Of a DNA stretch of 64,000 nt, positions 47,360 through 56,423 are shown in pieces. The stretch lies in the sequence record SRR2962707_578. One strand, 5' to 3'. The position numbers and the translations under genes were made by a program. The notes below the pieces were generated by a model, which had not been told where the DNA came from, did not search any database, and worked only from the letters and a program-made list of their open reading frames with translations. The first letter of the stretch is position 1; each line of letters opens with the position of its first letter.

Positions 47360-49195
47360 ATGCGTGATCTGCTTCCTTATTACGAACGGGAACTCGGCTT
47401 TCTGCGCCGGTATGGCAAGGAGTTCGCCGAGCGTTATCCCAAGATTGCCAGCCGTCTGCTGCTGTCGGCGGACGTCAGTGAAGACCCCCATGTGGAACGG
47501 CTGATCGAGTCGTTCGCATTATTGAGCGCGCGTATTTCAAAAAAGCTGGATGACGACTTCCCGGAATTCACCGATGCGCTGCTTGAAGTGCTGTACCCCC
47601 ATTACCTGCGTCCATTCCCATCGTGCTCGATTGCCCGGTTTGATGTGGGGAATGCTCTGTCGACACTCAGCGAGCCACTACGCATTCCGCGCGGCACGGC
47701 GTTGCGTTCGCGGCCGGTACGAGGGGTAAATTGCCGCTTTCGCACCGCTTATGATGTCACGCTGGTGCCGATTGTTCTCACCGAGGCCACCTACCGCCCG
47801 GTAATGCGGGCCCCCATGGCGATGGGTGGCGTTGGCGCGGGGCAGGGGCAACTTTCTCTACGATTCGAGCTGGCCTCCACGCAATTGTCGTTCGCCACTC
47901 TTGGCGTTGATACCCTGAGACTGTTCACCGACGGCGAGCCTTCCTTCTGTGCCGCCCTTCGCGACGCGCTTGCCTATGGCATAGGCGCCACTTACGTGGA
48001 AGCGGATGACAGCGGGCGGTGGCTCGCGGTGGATCAGACACCGATACGGCAGGTTGGATTCGACGACGAGGAATCATTGATTGATTATCCGAGCCGCTCC
48101 CACCCGGCGTATCGTCTGCTGACTGAACTGTTTGCCTTTCCGGAAAAATTCGGTTTCTTCGACCTTGATATAAAAACATTGTCGTCCACGGCATCCGGTA
48201 GCTTCACCGTCCATTTCGCGTTGAATGCGCCACACACCGACGGTGAGCAGCAGCAGTTACTTGAAGGCCTCGGCAAGGACAATGTGCTTTTGGGATGTTC
48301 ACCCGTGGTGAATCTTTTCCGGCAACGGGGTGAGCCGATCCACGTGCATGAACGCCAGGCCAGCTATCCGGTGGTGGCCGACGCCCGTAATGCCTTTGCT
48401 CACGAGATTTACTCCATCGACACGGTAAAGCGGGTGCGGCAGACGCCGTTGGGCGAGGATATCCAGACATTCCGCCCGTTCTATTCCCTGCACCATGGCG
48501 AGGATGCCGGTGGTGAGGGGCTTTACTGGACCGCCAGACGGGATGAGGAACTGGCCGAGCAGAGTCCCGGCTACGAAACCGAAATCACCTTCGTCGATCT
48601 GCGTTTCAACCCGACCGTGCCCAAGACGGATGTGGTGGGGCTGGACCTGACCTGCACCAACCGGGATCTGCCCAGCCACCTGGCCTACGGCGTCAGCGGT
48701 GGTGATCTGACCATGGAAACCGACACTTCGGTGAAAAGCATCACCATGTTGCGCAAGCCCTCGCGCCCGCGCCGTTTCATCGGCGGCAGAAACGCGCATT
48801 GGCGGTTGATCTCCCATTTATCCCTCAATCATCTTTCGATCGCTGGCAGCGGTCTGCCAGCGTTGAAAGAGATGCTGTCACTTTACGATCTGTCCTCGGC
48901 GGCGGTGGCTCGGCGCCAGATTGAAGGGTTGGTCGAAGTGCAGCACCGCCCGGTTACCAGCTGGTTACCGGGCCGGCCTTTCGCGGCGGTGGCAAGAGGC
49001 GTGGAAATCAATCTCACCATCGACGAGAGCAGTTTCGTCGGCACCGGGCTGTCGGCTTTCGTGGCTGCCCTGGACCGTTTCTTTGGCCTTTATGTCCATG
49101 CCAACAGCTTCACCCAGTTGAATATCCTTTCCCGCCAAAGCAATGAGGTACTGATTCAATGCCCTCCCCGAAGCGGCGAATCGACGCTGGTATAG
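47360..49195 (+). CDS. tssF: T6SS baseplate protein TssF
   Basis: YYERELGFLR, DPHVERLIESFA, YPHYLRPFPS, FPEKF, WRLISHLSLNHLS. Confidence 0.96.
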   Translation: MRDLLPYYERELGFLRRYGKEFAERYPKIASRLLLSADVSEDPHVERLIESFALLSARISKKLDDDFPEFTDALLEVLYPHYLRPFPSCSIARFDVGNALSTLSEPLRIPRGTALRSRPVRGVNCRFRTAYDVTLVPIVLTEATYRPVMRAPMAMGGVGAGQGQLSLRFELASTQLSFATLGVDTLRLFTDGEPSFCAALRDALAYGIGATYVEADDSGRWLAVDQTPIRQVGFDDEESLIDYPSRSHPAYRLLTELFAFPEKFGFFDLDIKTLSSTASGSFTVHFALNAPHTDGEQQQLLEGLGKDNVLLGCSPVVNLFRQRGEPIHVHERQASYPVVADARNAFAHEIYSIDTVKRVRQTPLGEDIQTFRPFYSLHHGEDAGGEGLYWTARRDEELAEQSPGYETEITFVDLRFNPTVPKTDVVGLDLTCTNRDLPSHLAYGVSGGDLTMETDTSVKSITMLRKPSRPRRFIGGRNAHWRLISHLSLNHLSIAGSGLPALKEMLSLYDLSSAAVARRQIEGLVEVQHRPVTSWLPGRPFAAVARGVEINLTIDESSFVGTGLSAFVAALDRFFGLYVHANSFTQLNILSRQSNEVLIQCPPRSGESTLV

Positions 49196-50253
49196 CCCAG
49201 CAGTTGCTCAGTGAGCCTCACCGTTTTGGGTTTTTCCAGTCGGTGCGGATCATCGAGCAGCTGTTCAAGCGCCAAACGCGCAGTGCCGATGACGACGCGG
49301 TGGCCCGGCATATGCGCTTTGGCAGCAGCCTGTCTCTGGGCTTTCCGGCCAGTGAACTGGAGAAGCTGGAGGCCTGGTCGGAGGAGGGGGAGCGACTGGA
49401 TCGGCCCGGGGCGGTGGATTACACCCTGACCATGGAAAAACTGGGCAAAGTCCAGATGACGCCAAGTTTCATGGGCCTGCTTGGCGTCAAGGGCGCCTTG
49501 CCCTGGCATTATGGTGAATGGCTGCATGAGCGGGAGATCTTTCAGCGAGACCGGGCCGCCCGCGCCTTTCTTAATATTTTTACCAACCGGGCGGTGGCGC
49601 TGCATTACGGGGCCTGGAAGAAGTACCGGCTGGCGATTCAGTATGAGCTGGATCAGCGAGAGCGCTTCTTGCCATTACTATTGTCGCTGGCCGGCGTGGG
49701 CGTACCCGGGCTGCGAGACCGGTTGAATGAGGCTCCGGGCGCGATTCCGGATCAGGCGGTGGCCTTCCATGCCGCCACGGTGGGGCAACGGCCGGTGGCA
49801 GCGGTGCAGATGCAGCGTTTGCTGACCGATTACTTCCAGGTGCCGGTCAAAGTAGAGCAGTTCGTTGGCGCCTGGTATGAGATTCCCGAGCAACAGCGTA
49901 CCTGTCTGGGCGCAAGTAACGCCCGGCTGGGTGTCAGCGCCGTGGCCGGCGAGCGGGTCTGGCAACGGGATCTCAGGATGCGTTTGGTGGTAGGGCCGCT
50001 GGAGAAGGGAAGCTTTGATGCTTTCCTGCCCGGAGGCGAAGCCGCCCAGGCCTTGGAAAAATGGTTGACCATGCTGACCGGTGCCAGCCTCGAGTATGAA
50101 GTTCGCCTGGTGCTTAAAGCGGAAGAAATTAACGGATGCCTGCTGGGGGATCCGGAGCGGGGCGGGCGTCTTGGCTGGGACGGGTTCCTGTCCACACGCC
50201 AGGATGCCGGCATCCGCACGGATACGACTTACGGTATCCATACACTTCAATGA
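49159..50253 (+). CDS. tssG: T6SS baseplate protein TssG
   Basis: FFQSVR, SLGFPASE, FMGLLG..GALP, RLGW; overlaps the tssF end. Confidence 0.95.
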   Translation: MPSPKRRIDAGIAQQLLSEPHRFGFFQSVRIIEQLFKRQTRSADDDAVARHMRFGSSLSLGFPASELEKLEAWSEEGERLDRPGAVDYTLTMEKLGKVQMTPSFMGLLGVKGALPWHYGEWLHEREIFQRDRAARAFLNIFTNRAVALHYGAWKKYRLAIQYELDQRERFLPLLLSLAGVGVPGLRDRLNEAPGAIPDQAVAFHAATVGQRPVAAVQMQRLLTDYFQVPVKVEQFVGAWYEIPEQQRTCLGASNARLGVSAVAGERVWQRDLRMRLVVGPLEKGSFDAFLPGGEAAQALEKWLTMLTGASLEYEVRLVLKAEEINGCLLGDPERGGRLGWDGFLSTRQDAGIRTDTTYGIHTLQ

Positions 50254-50292
50254 AGGACGCAACGATGACCGGCAAGGAGCGTAAGCCGCGCC

Positions 50293-52995
50293 ATGAGCAT
50301 TAACCTGAAAACACTGATCAGCAAACTCAACGACCGCTGCCGGCAGGCGGCGGAGAGAGCCGCCAGCCTGTGCATGGCCGCAGGGCACTATGAAGTCGAC
50401 CTGGAACACCTGTTCGTGGCGTTGCTGGAGCAGCCTCGGAGCGATCTGGTTCTGGTGGCACGCCGTAGCGGCATAGCGCCGGATGCACTGGAACGAGACC
50501 TTCGCGTTGAAATGGAAAGACTCAAAACCGGTAATCAGCGCACCCCGGTGTTCTCTCCGCATCTGCCGACACTGTTCGAACATGCCTGGCTGCTGGCCTC
50601 GCTGGATTCCGGCACCACCCGTATCCGCAGCGGGCATCTATTGCTGGCGTTGTTGACGGAACCGGATCTGTCCCGCTTGGCGCAGCGCAGCTCCGCGTTA
50701 TTTACCCGATTTGATCTTGAGCAGCTGAAGCACGACTTCGACAAAATGACGGAAGGGTCGGAGGAAGGGCATCGTGATGCACCTCTGACGGAAGACGCGC
50801 CCAGTGAGGAAGGAGAGGACAAAGCGCTTGGCAAGACGCCGGCTCTGGATCAGTTCACCCAGAATCTCACCGACCGGGCTCGGGAAGGCGCTATTGATCC
50901 GGTTATCGGCCGTGATGGTGAGATCCGCCAGTTGGTGGACATTCTAATGCGCCGGCGTCAGAACAACCCGATCCTCACCGGTGAGGCCGGGGTGGGTAAG
51001 ACGGCGGTGGTGGAAGGGCTGGCACTGCGCATCGCCGCCGACGATGTGCCGGAACCCTTGAAAGGCGTGGCGCTGCATGTGCTTGATATGGGCTTGTTGC
51101 AAGCCGGCGCCAGCGTCAAAGGCGAGTTCGAGAACCGGCTCAAGACGGTGATTGACGAGGTCAAGAAAAGCGCCCACCCGATCATCCTGTTCATCGATGA
51201 AGCCCATACCCTGATCGGTGCCGGCGGTCAGGCTGGCCAGAACGACGCCGCCAATCTGCTGAAGCCGGCACTGGCCCGCGGCGAGCTGCGTACCATCGCC
51301 GCCACCACCTGGAGCGAGTACAAGCGTTACTTCGAAAAAGACGCGGCGCTGGCCCGGCGCTTCCAGGTCGTGAAGGTAGACGAGCCCAGCGAGGCTCTGG
51401 CCGCGGCCATGCTGCGTGCCATGGTGCCGCTGATGGAGCAGCATTTTGGCGTGCGCATCCTCGACGAAGCCGTTACCGAGGCGGTGAGATTGTCGCACCG
51501 CTACATCAGCGGGCGGCAACTGCCGGACAAGGCGGTATCGGTGTTGGATACCGCCTGCGCCAAGGTGGCGCTGGGGCAGGGCGCCACCCCCGCCGCTATC
51601 GAGGACGCCGACAAGCATTTACAGCGCCTGGAGCAGGAAGTCGCGGCTCTGTCCCGGGACGAACAGGCCGGGGCCTCCCATGGAGACCGCCTGGCGGATC
51701 TGCAAAGCGAGCGGGCGGAGACGCAGGACCGTATCGCTACCCTGAGGGAGCGCCTCGACCAGGAAGTGGCATTGGTACAGAGCATCCAGCGGCTACGGGA
51801 CGGCCGGGGAGAAACGGCGGTCCCCGGCCAGGCCGATTCTGGCCACAGCATCCCGGAGCTGTTGTCCCGGCTGCGAGAAGTACAAGGTGACGCGCCCATG
51901 GTACCTCTGCAAGCCGACGGCTCGGTGGTGGCGGAGATCGTTTCCAACTGGACGGGTATCCCGCTGGGCCGCATGGTCAAGGATGAGATTGCGACGATTT
52001 CCAATCTGTCCGCCCTGTTGGCGGAGCGCGTTACCGGGCAACAACATGCGCTGGACGCCATCGCACAGCGAGTGCGTACCGCCACCGCCCGTTTGGAGGA
52101 TCCGAACAAGCCCAGAGGTGTGTTTCTGTTCGTGGGCCCCTCCGGCGTGGGTAAAACCGAAACCGCGCTGGCATTGGCCGACATCCTCTACGGCGGCGAG
52201 CGCAAGCTGATCACCATCAATATGAGCGAGTACCAGGAAGCGCATACGGTTTCCGGCCTGAAAGGCTCGCCGCCCGGGTATGTAGGGTATGGCGAAGGCG
52301 GGGTGCTCACAGAAGCAGTGCGCCGCAATCCCTATAGTGTGGTGTTGCTGGACGAAGTGGAAAAAGCGCATCCGGATGTGCTGGAAATGTTCTTCCAGGT
52401 TTTCGACAAAGGGGTGATGGATGATGCCGAAGGGCGCGAAATCGATTTTCGCAACACCCTGATCATCCTCACTTCCAACGTGGGCTCCTCGCAAATCATG
52501 CAATCCTGTCTGAACCAGGAAGCTGACTCACTACCGGACCCGGACGCGCTCCATGATTTGCTGCGTCCAGTGCTCTACAAGGCTTTTAAACCCGCCTTTC
52601 TGGGGCGGCTCAAAGTAGTGCCGTACTATCCGATCAGCGATGACGTTCTGGCGCGTATCATCAAGATGAAACTGAACCGCATCGCACGGCGGGTAGCGGA
52701 GAACCATGGCGCCTTGTTCGAATGGGACGACGCCTTGGTTGAATCGGTGCTGGCCCGGTGCACCGAGGTGGACAGCGGTGCCCGCAATGTGGATCACATT
52801 CTCAACGGCACGCTTTTGCCGGAAATTGCCGAGTCCGTCCTCGCCGCCATGGCCGAGGGCGCTAAAATAGCCGGTATCCGGGTGACCGCGGATGATAACG
52901 GTGATTTTCAATACACGGTAACGCCGGAAGGGGTGCCGTCAACCGGAGCCGAGTCTCCACAAATCTTGTCCTTTCATCACAGGAGTGAATCATGA
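50293..52995 (+). CDS. tssH: T6SS AAA+ ATPase ClpV (TssH)
   Basis: RRRQNNPILTGEAGVGKT, LKPALARGEL, GPSGVGKTE, GSPPGYVGYGEGG. Confidence 0.97.
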   Translation: MSINLKTLISKLNDRCRQAAERAASLCMAAGHYEVDLEHLFVALLEQPRSDLVLVARRSGIAPDALERDLRVEMERLKTGNQRTPVFSPHLPTLFEHAWLLASLDSGTTRIRSGHLLLALLTEPDLSRLAQRSSALFTRFDLEQLKHDFDKMTEGSEEGHRDAPLTEDAPSEEGEDKALGKTPALDQFTQNLTDRAREGAIDPVIGRDGEIRQLVDILMRRRQNNPILTGEAGVGKTAVVEGLALRIAADDVPEPLKGVALHVLDMGLLQAGASVKGEFENRLKTVIDEVKKSAHPIILFIDEAHTLIGAGGQAGQNDAANLLKPALARGELRTIAATTWSEYKRYFEKDAALARRFQVVKVDEPSEALAAAMLRAMVPLMEQHFGVRILDEAVTEAVRLSHRYISGRQLPDKAVSVLDTACAKVALGQGATPAAIEDADKHLQRLEQEVAALSRDEQAGASHGDRLADLQSERAETQDRIATLRERLDQEVALVQSIQRLRDGRGETAVPGQADSGHSIPELLSRLREVQGDAPMVPLQADGSVVAEIVSNWTGIPLGRMVKDEIATISNLSALLAERVTGQQHALDAIAQRVRTATARLEDPNKPRGVFLFVGPSGVGKTETALALADILYGGERKLITINMSEYQEAHTVSGLKGSPPGYVGYGEGGVLTEAVRRNPYSVVLLDEVEKAHPDVLEMFFQVFDKGVMDDAEGREIDFRNTLIILTSNVGSSQIMQSCLNQEADSLPDPDALHDLLRPVLYKAFKPAFLGRLKVVPYYPISDDVLARIIKMKLNRIARRVAENHGALFEWDDALVESVLARCTEVDSGARNVDHILNGTLLPEIAESVLAAMAEGAKIAGIRVTADDNGDFQYTVTPEGVPSTGAESPQILSFHHRSES

Positions 52996-53342
52996 GCGTC
53001 TACGGAGTGGATCAGGAAAAAGCCATCACCAACTGCGACGCGGGCCCGAGCATCGGCCGGAAGAGACCGTTGGATGAGGTGCGCCGCTGGCATCGCGTGG
53101 CCCCGGGGCATGTGGTCGAGTTACTGGTGGAATCCCCCATCGAACAGCGCCATCAGGCGCGTCAGCTGCTCGGCATGATGGAGCATATGCCGTGGCGGAT
53201 TCAGGCGCCGGCACAGGCTCAGGATCGGGCCGGGCGTCTGGTCAGCAACGTAAGACTGATCGTGTTGACGATCGCCGGCCGCAATCACCAGCTCCATTGT
53301 TCCGAGTCGCCTTCGCTTCAGTTGGAGCGGATCTCCGCGTAG
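52992..53342 (+). CDS. Hypothetical protein (116 aa)
   Basis: AGGAG SD, ATGA overlap with the clpV stop, fills the clpV-vgrG gap; no recognised family. Confidence 0.6.
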   Translation: MSVYGVDQEKAITNCDAGPSIGRKRPLDEVRRWHRVAPGHVVELLVESPIEQRHQARQLLGMMEHMPWRIQAPAQAQDRAGRLVSNVRLIVLTIAGRNHQLHCSESPSLQLERISA

Positions 53343-53408
53343 CCGGGCGCTGATAGCGCTGCCTTACGCGGAGTGAAGCAACGGGAAAATCGATCAGGGA
53401 CCGCTGAC

Positions 53409-56400
53409 ATGGATGTGATTGCCAGTCTGATGAGTGCGTTGTCCGCGCCGGGGCAGGGAGCCCGTTTATTGCAGCTCCACACTCCGCTGGGGCCGGACGT
53501 TCTGGTACCGGAGAATTGCCACGGCATCGAGGCGGTTTCCGGCGCCGGTGTCGACTCCGGCGCCGGCTTTCGTTTTGATATTACGGCACTGTCGGTGGAT
53601 GCCCGCCTGCAAGCGGACGACTTGCTCGGGCAGCCGGTTCTGCTCACCTTGCTTACCGCGGACTCACGGACGGATCGCCGCCCTTTCCATGGCCATGTCA
53701 CCCATTTCGAGTATCTGGAGAGCAACGGCGGACTGGCCCGATATGCGTTGGTGATCGAGCCGTGGACAGTGTTCCTGCAACAGTGGGTGGACAGTCATGT
53801 CTATCAGGACATGACTGTCATGGAAGCCCTCGACACCTTGTTCGGGCGACTGGCGGCCCGTGGCGGCGTGGTCGCGCCTCGCTGGCGATGGGACTTGGCG
53901 GACAACGCGCTTTACCTCCGGCACAGCCTCGCCGCGCAACTGGAGGAAGATGGTCTGGCGTTCATGACCCGGATCCTGTCGGAGCAGGGGCTGTTTTTCT
54001 GGTTCGAGCATCAGGGGAATATGCAGGGTGAGGAAGAAGGTCAGAGCACGCCCAAGGAGGCCGGCGAATTCCAGGTGCCGGGCAGCCATACACTGGTGAT
54101 CGCCGATTATAACAGCGCTTTCTCGGATCTAGGCGGGATCCGTTATCACCGCAGTGATGTCACCGAGCAGGAAGACGCCATCCAGCAATGGCGGCCGGGA
54201 CGCCGCGCCCATGCCGCTGGCGTCCGCCGGGCCACCTGGGATTACCGATCGCTGAAAACCCTATCCTCGCAACAAAGCAGCGCGGATATGGCCTGGTCAC
54301 GGGCGGAGGATGACGACAGCCCCACGGCCTATGCCTGGCACAATCAGGCGGAAACTGAATGGCGCGGCCGTCGGCACATTGAAGTTCTGGAAGCGGCTGG
54401 GAAACGGGTGGAAGGAAATGGAACCTGGCGGCGGTTGCGTCCCGGCGGGCAATTCCAGCTTCACCAGCACCCCGGATACGCAGAGGATGCCACCTTTCTC
54501 TGCCTGGCGGCGACACACCATGCCCGCAACAATTTAAGCTCGGATCTGATGGCGCAAGCCGATCAGCGTTTCGAGATGCCACGGCCTGGCTTTCCTGATG
54601 CGCCAGAGCCTCTCGGTGACGACGCCTTACCGTCTCTGGATAGCGCTCCAGAGTCTGATTTTTATCGCAACGGTTTCGTTGCTCTACAAGTGGATACGCC
54701 GTTTCGTCCCATGGATACCACGTCACGCCATGGGCAGTCCCGGATCCGTGGCCGGGGCCTGCACAGTGCGGTGGTAACCGCGGACAATACACCGGTGCAC
54801 ACCGACCGTGATCATCGCATCAAGATGCAATACCCCTGGCAACGGGGCGAAGGCGCCAGTAGTGGGGAATCCCATCCTGAAAGCGGCATCGACAACGCTC
54901 CGGCCAGCGCGGGCGCCTGGACCTGGGTGCGCACGCTGACGCCATGGGCTGGCGAGGATTGGGGCGGTGTCGCCGTGCCCCGAACCGGGCAGGAAAGTCT
55001 CACCCTGTTTTTGGAAGGCCAGCCGGAAAGGCCCGTTGCCATCGGTACCGTTTTCAACGGTCAGGGCAACGACGAAGCCCAGCATAATCAGGTGGGTGGC
55101 GGTCACGCCCGGGCCACCGGTAATGCCGCCCCCTGGTTCAATGGCAACGATCATAAAGCGGTCTACACCGGCCTGAAGAGCCAGGCACTCTCCGCCAGCC
55201 AGCAAGGTAACAGCGGCCACCAATGGATACTGATGGACAGTAGCGAGGGGCAGTCCCGTGCCGAAGCCGGCAGCACCCAACATCAGAGCCGTTTGAGCCT
55301 GGGCCACCTGAAAGGCGGGAAAGACAACCTGCGGCAAGGAGAAAGAGGTTTTGGCGCCGACTTGAGCACCGTATCCAGCGGCGCCCTTCGGGCTGGACAA
55401 GGTGTCCTGCTCAGCACGGAGGCGGGGCAATGGCAAATGAGCACCGATGGCGCCCAGGCGCGGCTGCAGGGTAATGCGGACCTGCTGAAAACCCTCAATG
55501 ACGCCGCACGCAACCAGAACGCCGGGCAGACAGGCGAAGCCGACGAATTGCCTTCCCAGCAATCATTGCGCCACGTATTAACCACGCTGAAAGACACCCG
55601 TTCCGGCTCTGGAGGGGAGCAGGGCGGTGCCGGCTCACCGCCCGGCTGGTCCCGTCCGCTGATCGTCGCCACCAGCCCGGATGGGCTGGCCAGCATTACC
55701 CAGCAGGCACAGACCTGGGTAGCGGGTACCACCACCACGCTGGTCAGCGGCGCGGACATCAACTGGATGAGCAAGAGCCGCACGGTAATGACCGTGAGCG
55801 GCGGACTAAGCCTCTACAACAACGGCGCCTCGCCAGCCAGCGGCAAACCCAACCAGGAAAGTGGGATTCAACTGCACGCCGCCCAAGGCAAAGTCAGCGC
55901 CCGCGCCCCAAAACAACCCTTGACCCTCGCCGCCGCCCAGGACGTCGCCCTGGCCAGCACCAACAGCCAGGCCATCCTGGCCGCCCCCAACCAGCCCCTC
56001 CTGCTCGCCTCAGGCGGCGCCTATCTTAAACTCGATGGCGGCAACATCGAGCTGGGTGCTCCGGGAGGGGTGCATCTGCAAGCAGCGATGAAGCAGTTTG
56101 TTGGGCCGGCAAGCGCTTCGGCGCAGGCCGCGCCCTTGAGTGCGGGCAATTTAAAAGCTTGCCCGGAAGGCGATGCGCAGGCGGCGGCCGGCGGTGCGGC
56201 GTTTCTCATGGAATCTTCTTCCGCCGGGATTACAGAGTTCGATGAAGCCTTCGTTCTACGCTCCAAAAAGACGGGACAGCCCCTGGCGAACCGAGCCTAT
56301 CGTGTTATCCGCGCGGATGGTTCGGTAGAGGAGGGGATAACCGATGAGAACGGTTCAACCCATATCGTGGTCACCGGTGACTCTGAAGATCTGCAGATTG

Positions 56401-56423
56401 AAGTTGGGGGAAGGCAGGCATGA
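53409..56423 (+). CDS. vgrG: VgrG spike protein with DUF2345 and C-terminal transthyretin-like extension
   Basis: HTDRDHRIKMQYPWQRG, WVR..PWAG..WG...PRTGQE..FLEGQPERP, IQLHAAQGKV, GAYLKLDGGNIELGAPG, FDEAFVL...GITDENG. Confidence 0.93.
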   Translation: MDVIASLMSALSAPGQGARLLQLHTPLGPDVLVPENCHGIEAVSGAGVDSGAGFRFDITALSVDARLQADDLLGQPVLLTLLTADSRTDRRPFHGHVTHFEYLESNGGLARYALVIEPWTVFLQQWVDSHVYQDMTVMEALDTLFGRLAARGGVVAPRWRWDLADNALYLRHSLAAQLEEDGLAFMTRILSEQGLFFWFEHQGNMQGEEEGQSTPKEAGEFQVPGSHTLVIADYNSAFSDLGGIRYHRSDVTEQEDAIQQWRPGRRAHAAGVRRATWDYRSLKTLSSQQSSADMAWSRAEDDDSPTAYAWHNQAETEWRGRRHIEVLEAAGKRVEGNGTWRRLRPGGQFQLHQHPGYAEDATFLCLAATHHARNNLSSDLMAQADQRFEMPRPGFPDAPEPLGDDALPSLDSAPESDFYRNGFVALQVDTPFRPMDTTSRHGQSRIRGRGLHSAVVTADNTPVHTDRDHRIKMQYPWQRGEGASSGESHPESGIDNAPASAGAWTWVRTLTPWAGEDWGGVAVPRTGQESLTLFLEGQPERPVAIGTVFNGQGNDEAQHNQVGGGHARATGNAAPWFNGNDHKAVYTGLKSQALSASQQGNSGHQWILMDSSEGQSRAEAGSTQHQSRLSLGHLKGGKDNLRQGERGFGADLSTVSSGALRAGQGVLLSTEAGQWQMSTDGAQARLQGNADLLKTLNDAARNQNAGQTGEADELPSQQSLRHVLTTLKDTRSGSGGEQGGAGSPPGWSRPLIVATSPDGLASITQQAQTWVAGTTTTLVSGADINWMSKSRTVMTVSGGLSLYNNGASPASGKPNQESGIQLHAAQGKVSARAPKQPLTLAAAQDVALASTNSQAILAAPNQPLLLASGGAYLKLDGGNIELGAPGGVHLQAAMKQFVGPASASAQAAPLSAGNLKACPEGDAQAAAGGAAFLMESSSAGITEFDEAFVLRSKKTGQPLANRAYRVIRADGSVEEGITDENGSTHIVVTGDSEDLQIEVGGRQA

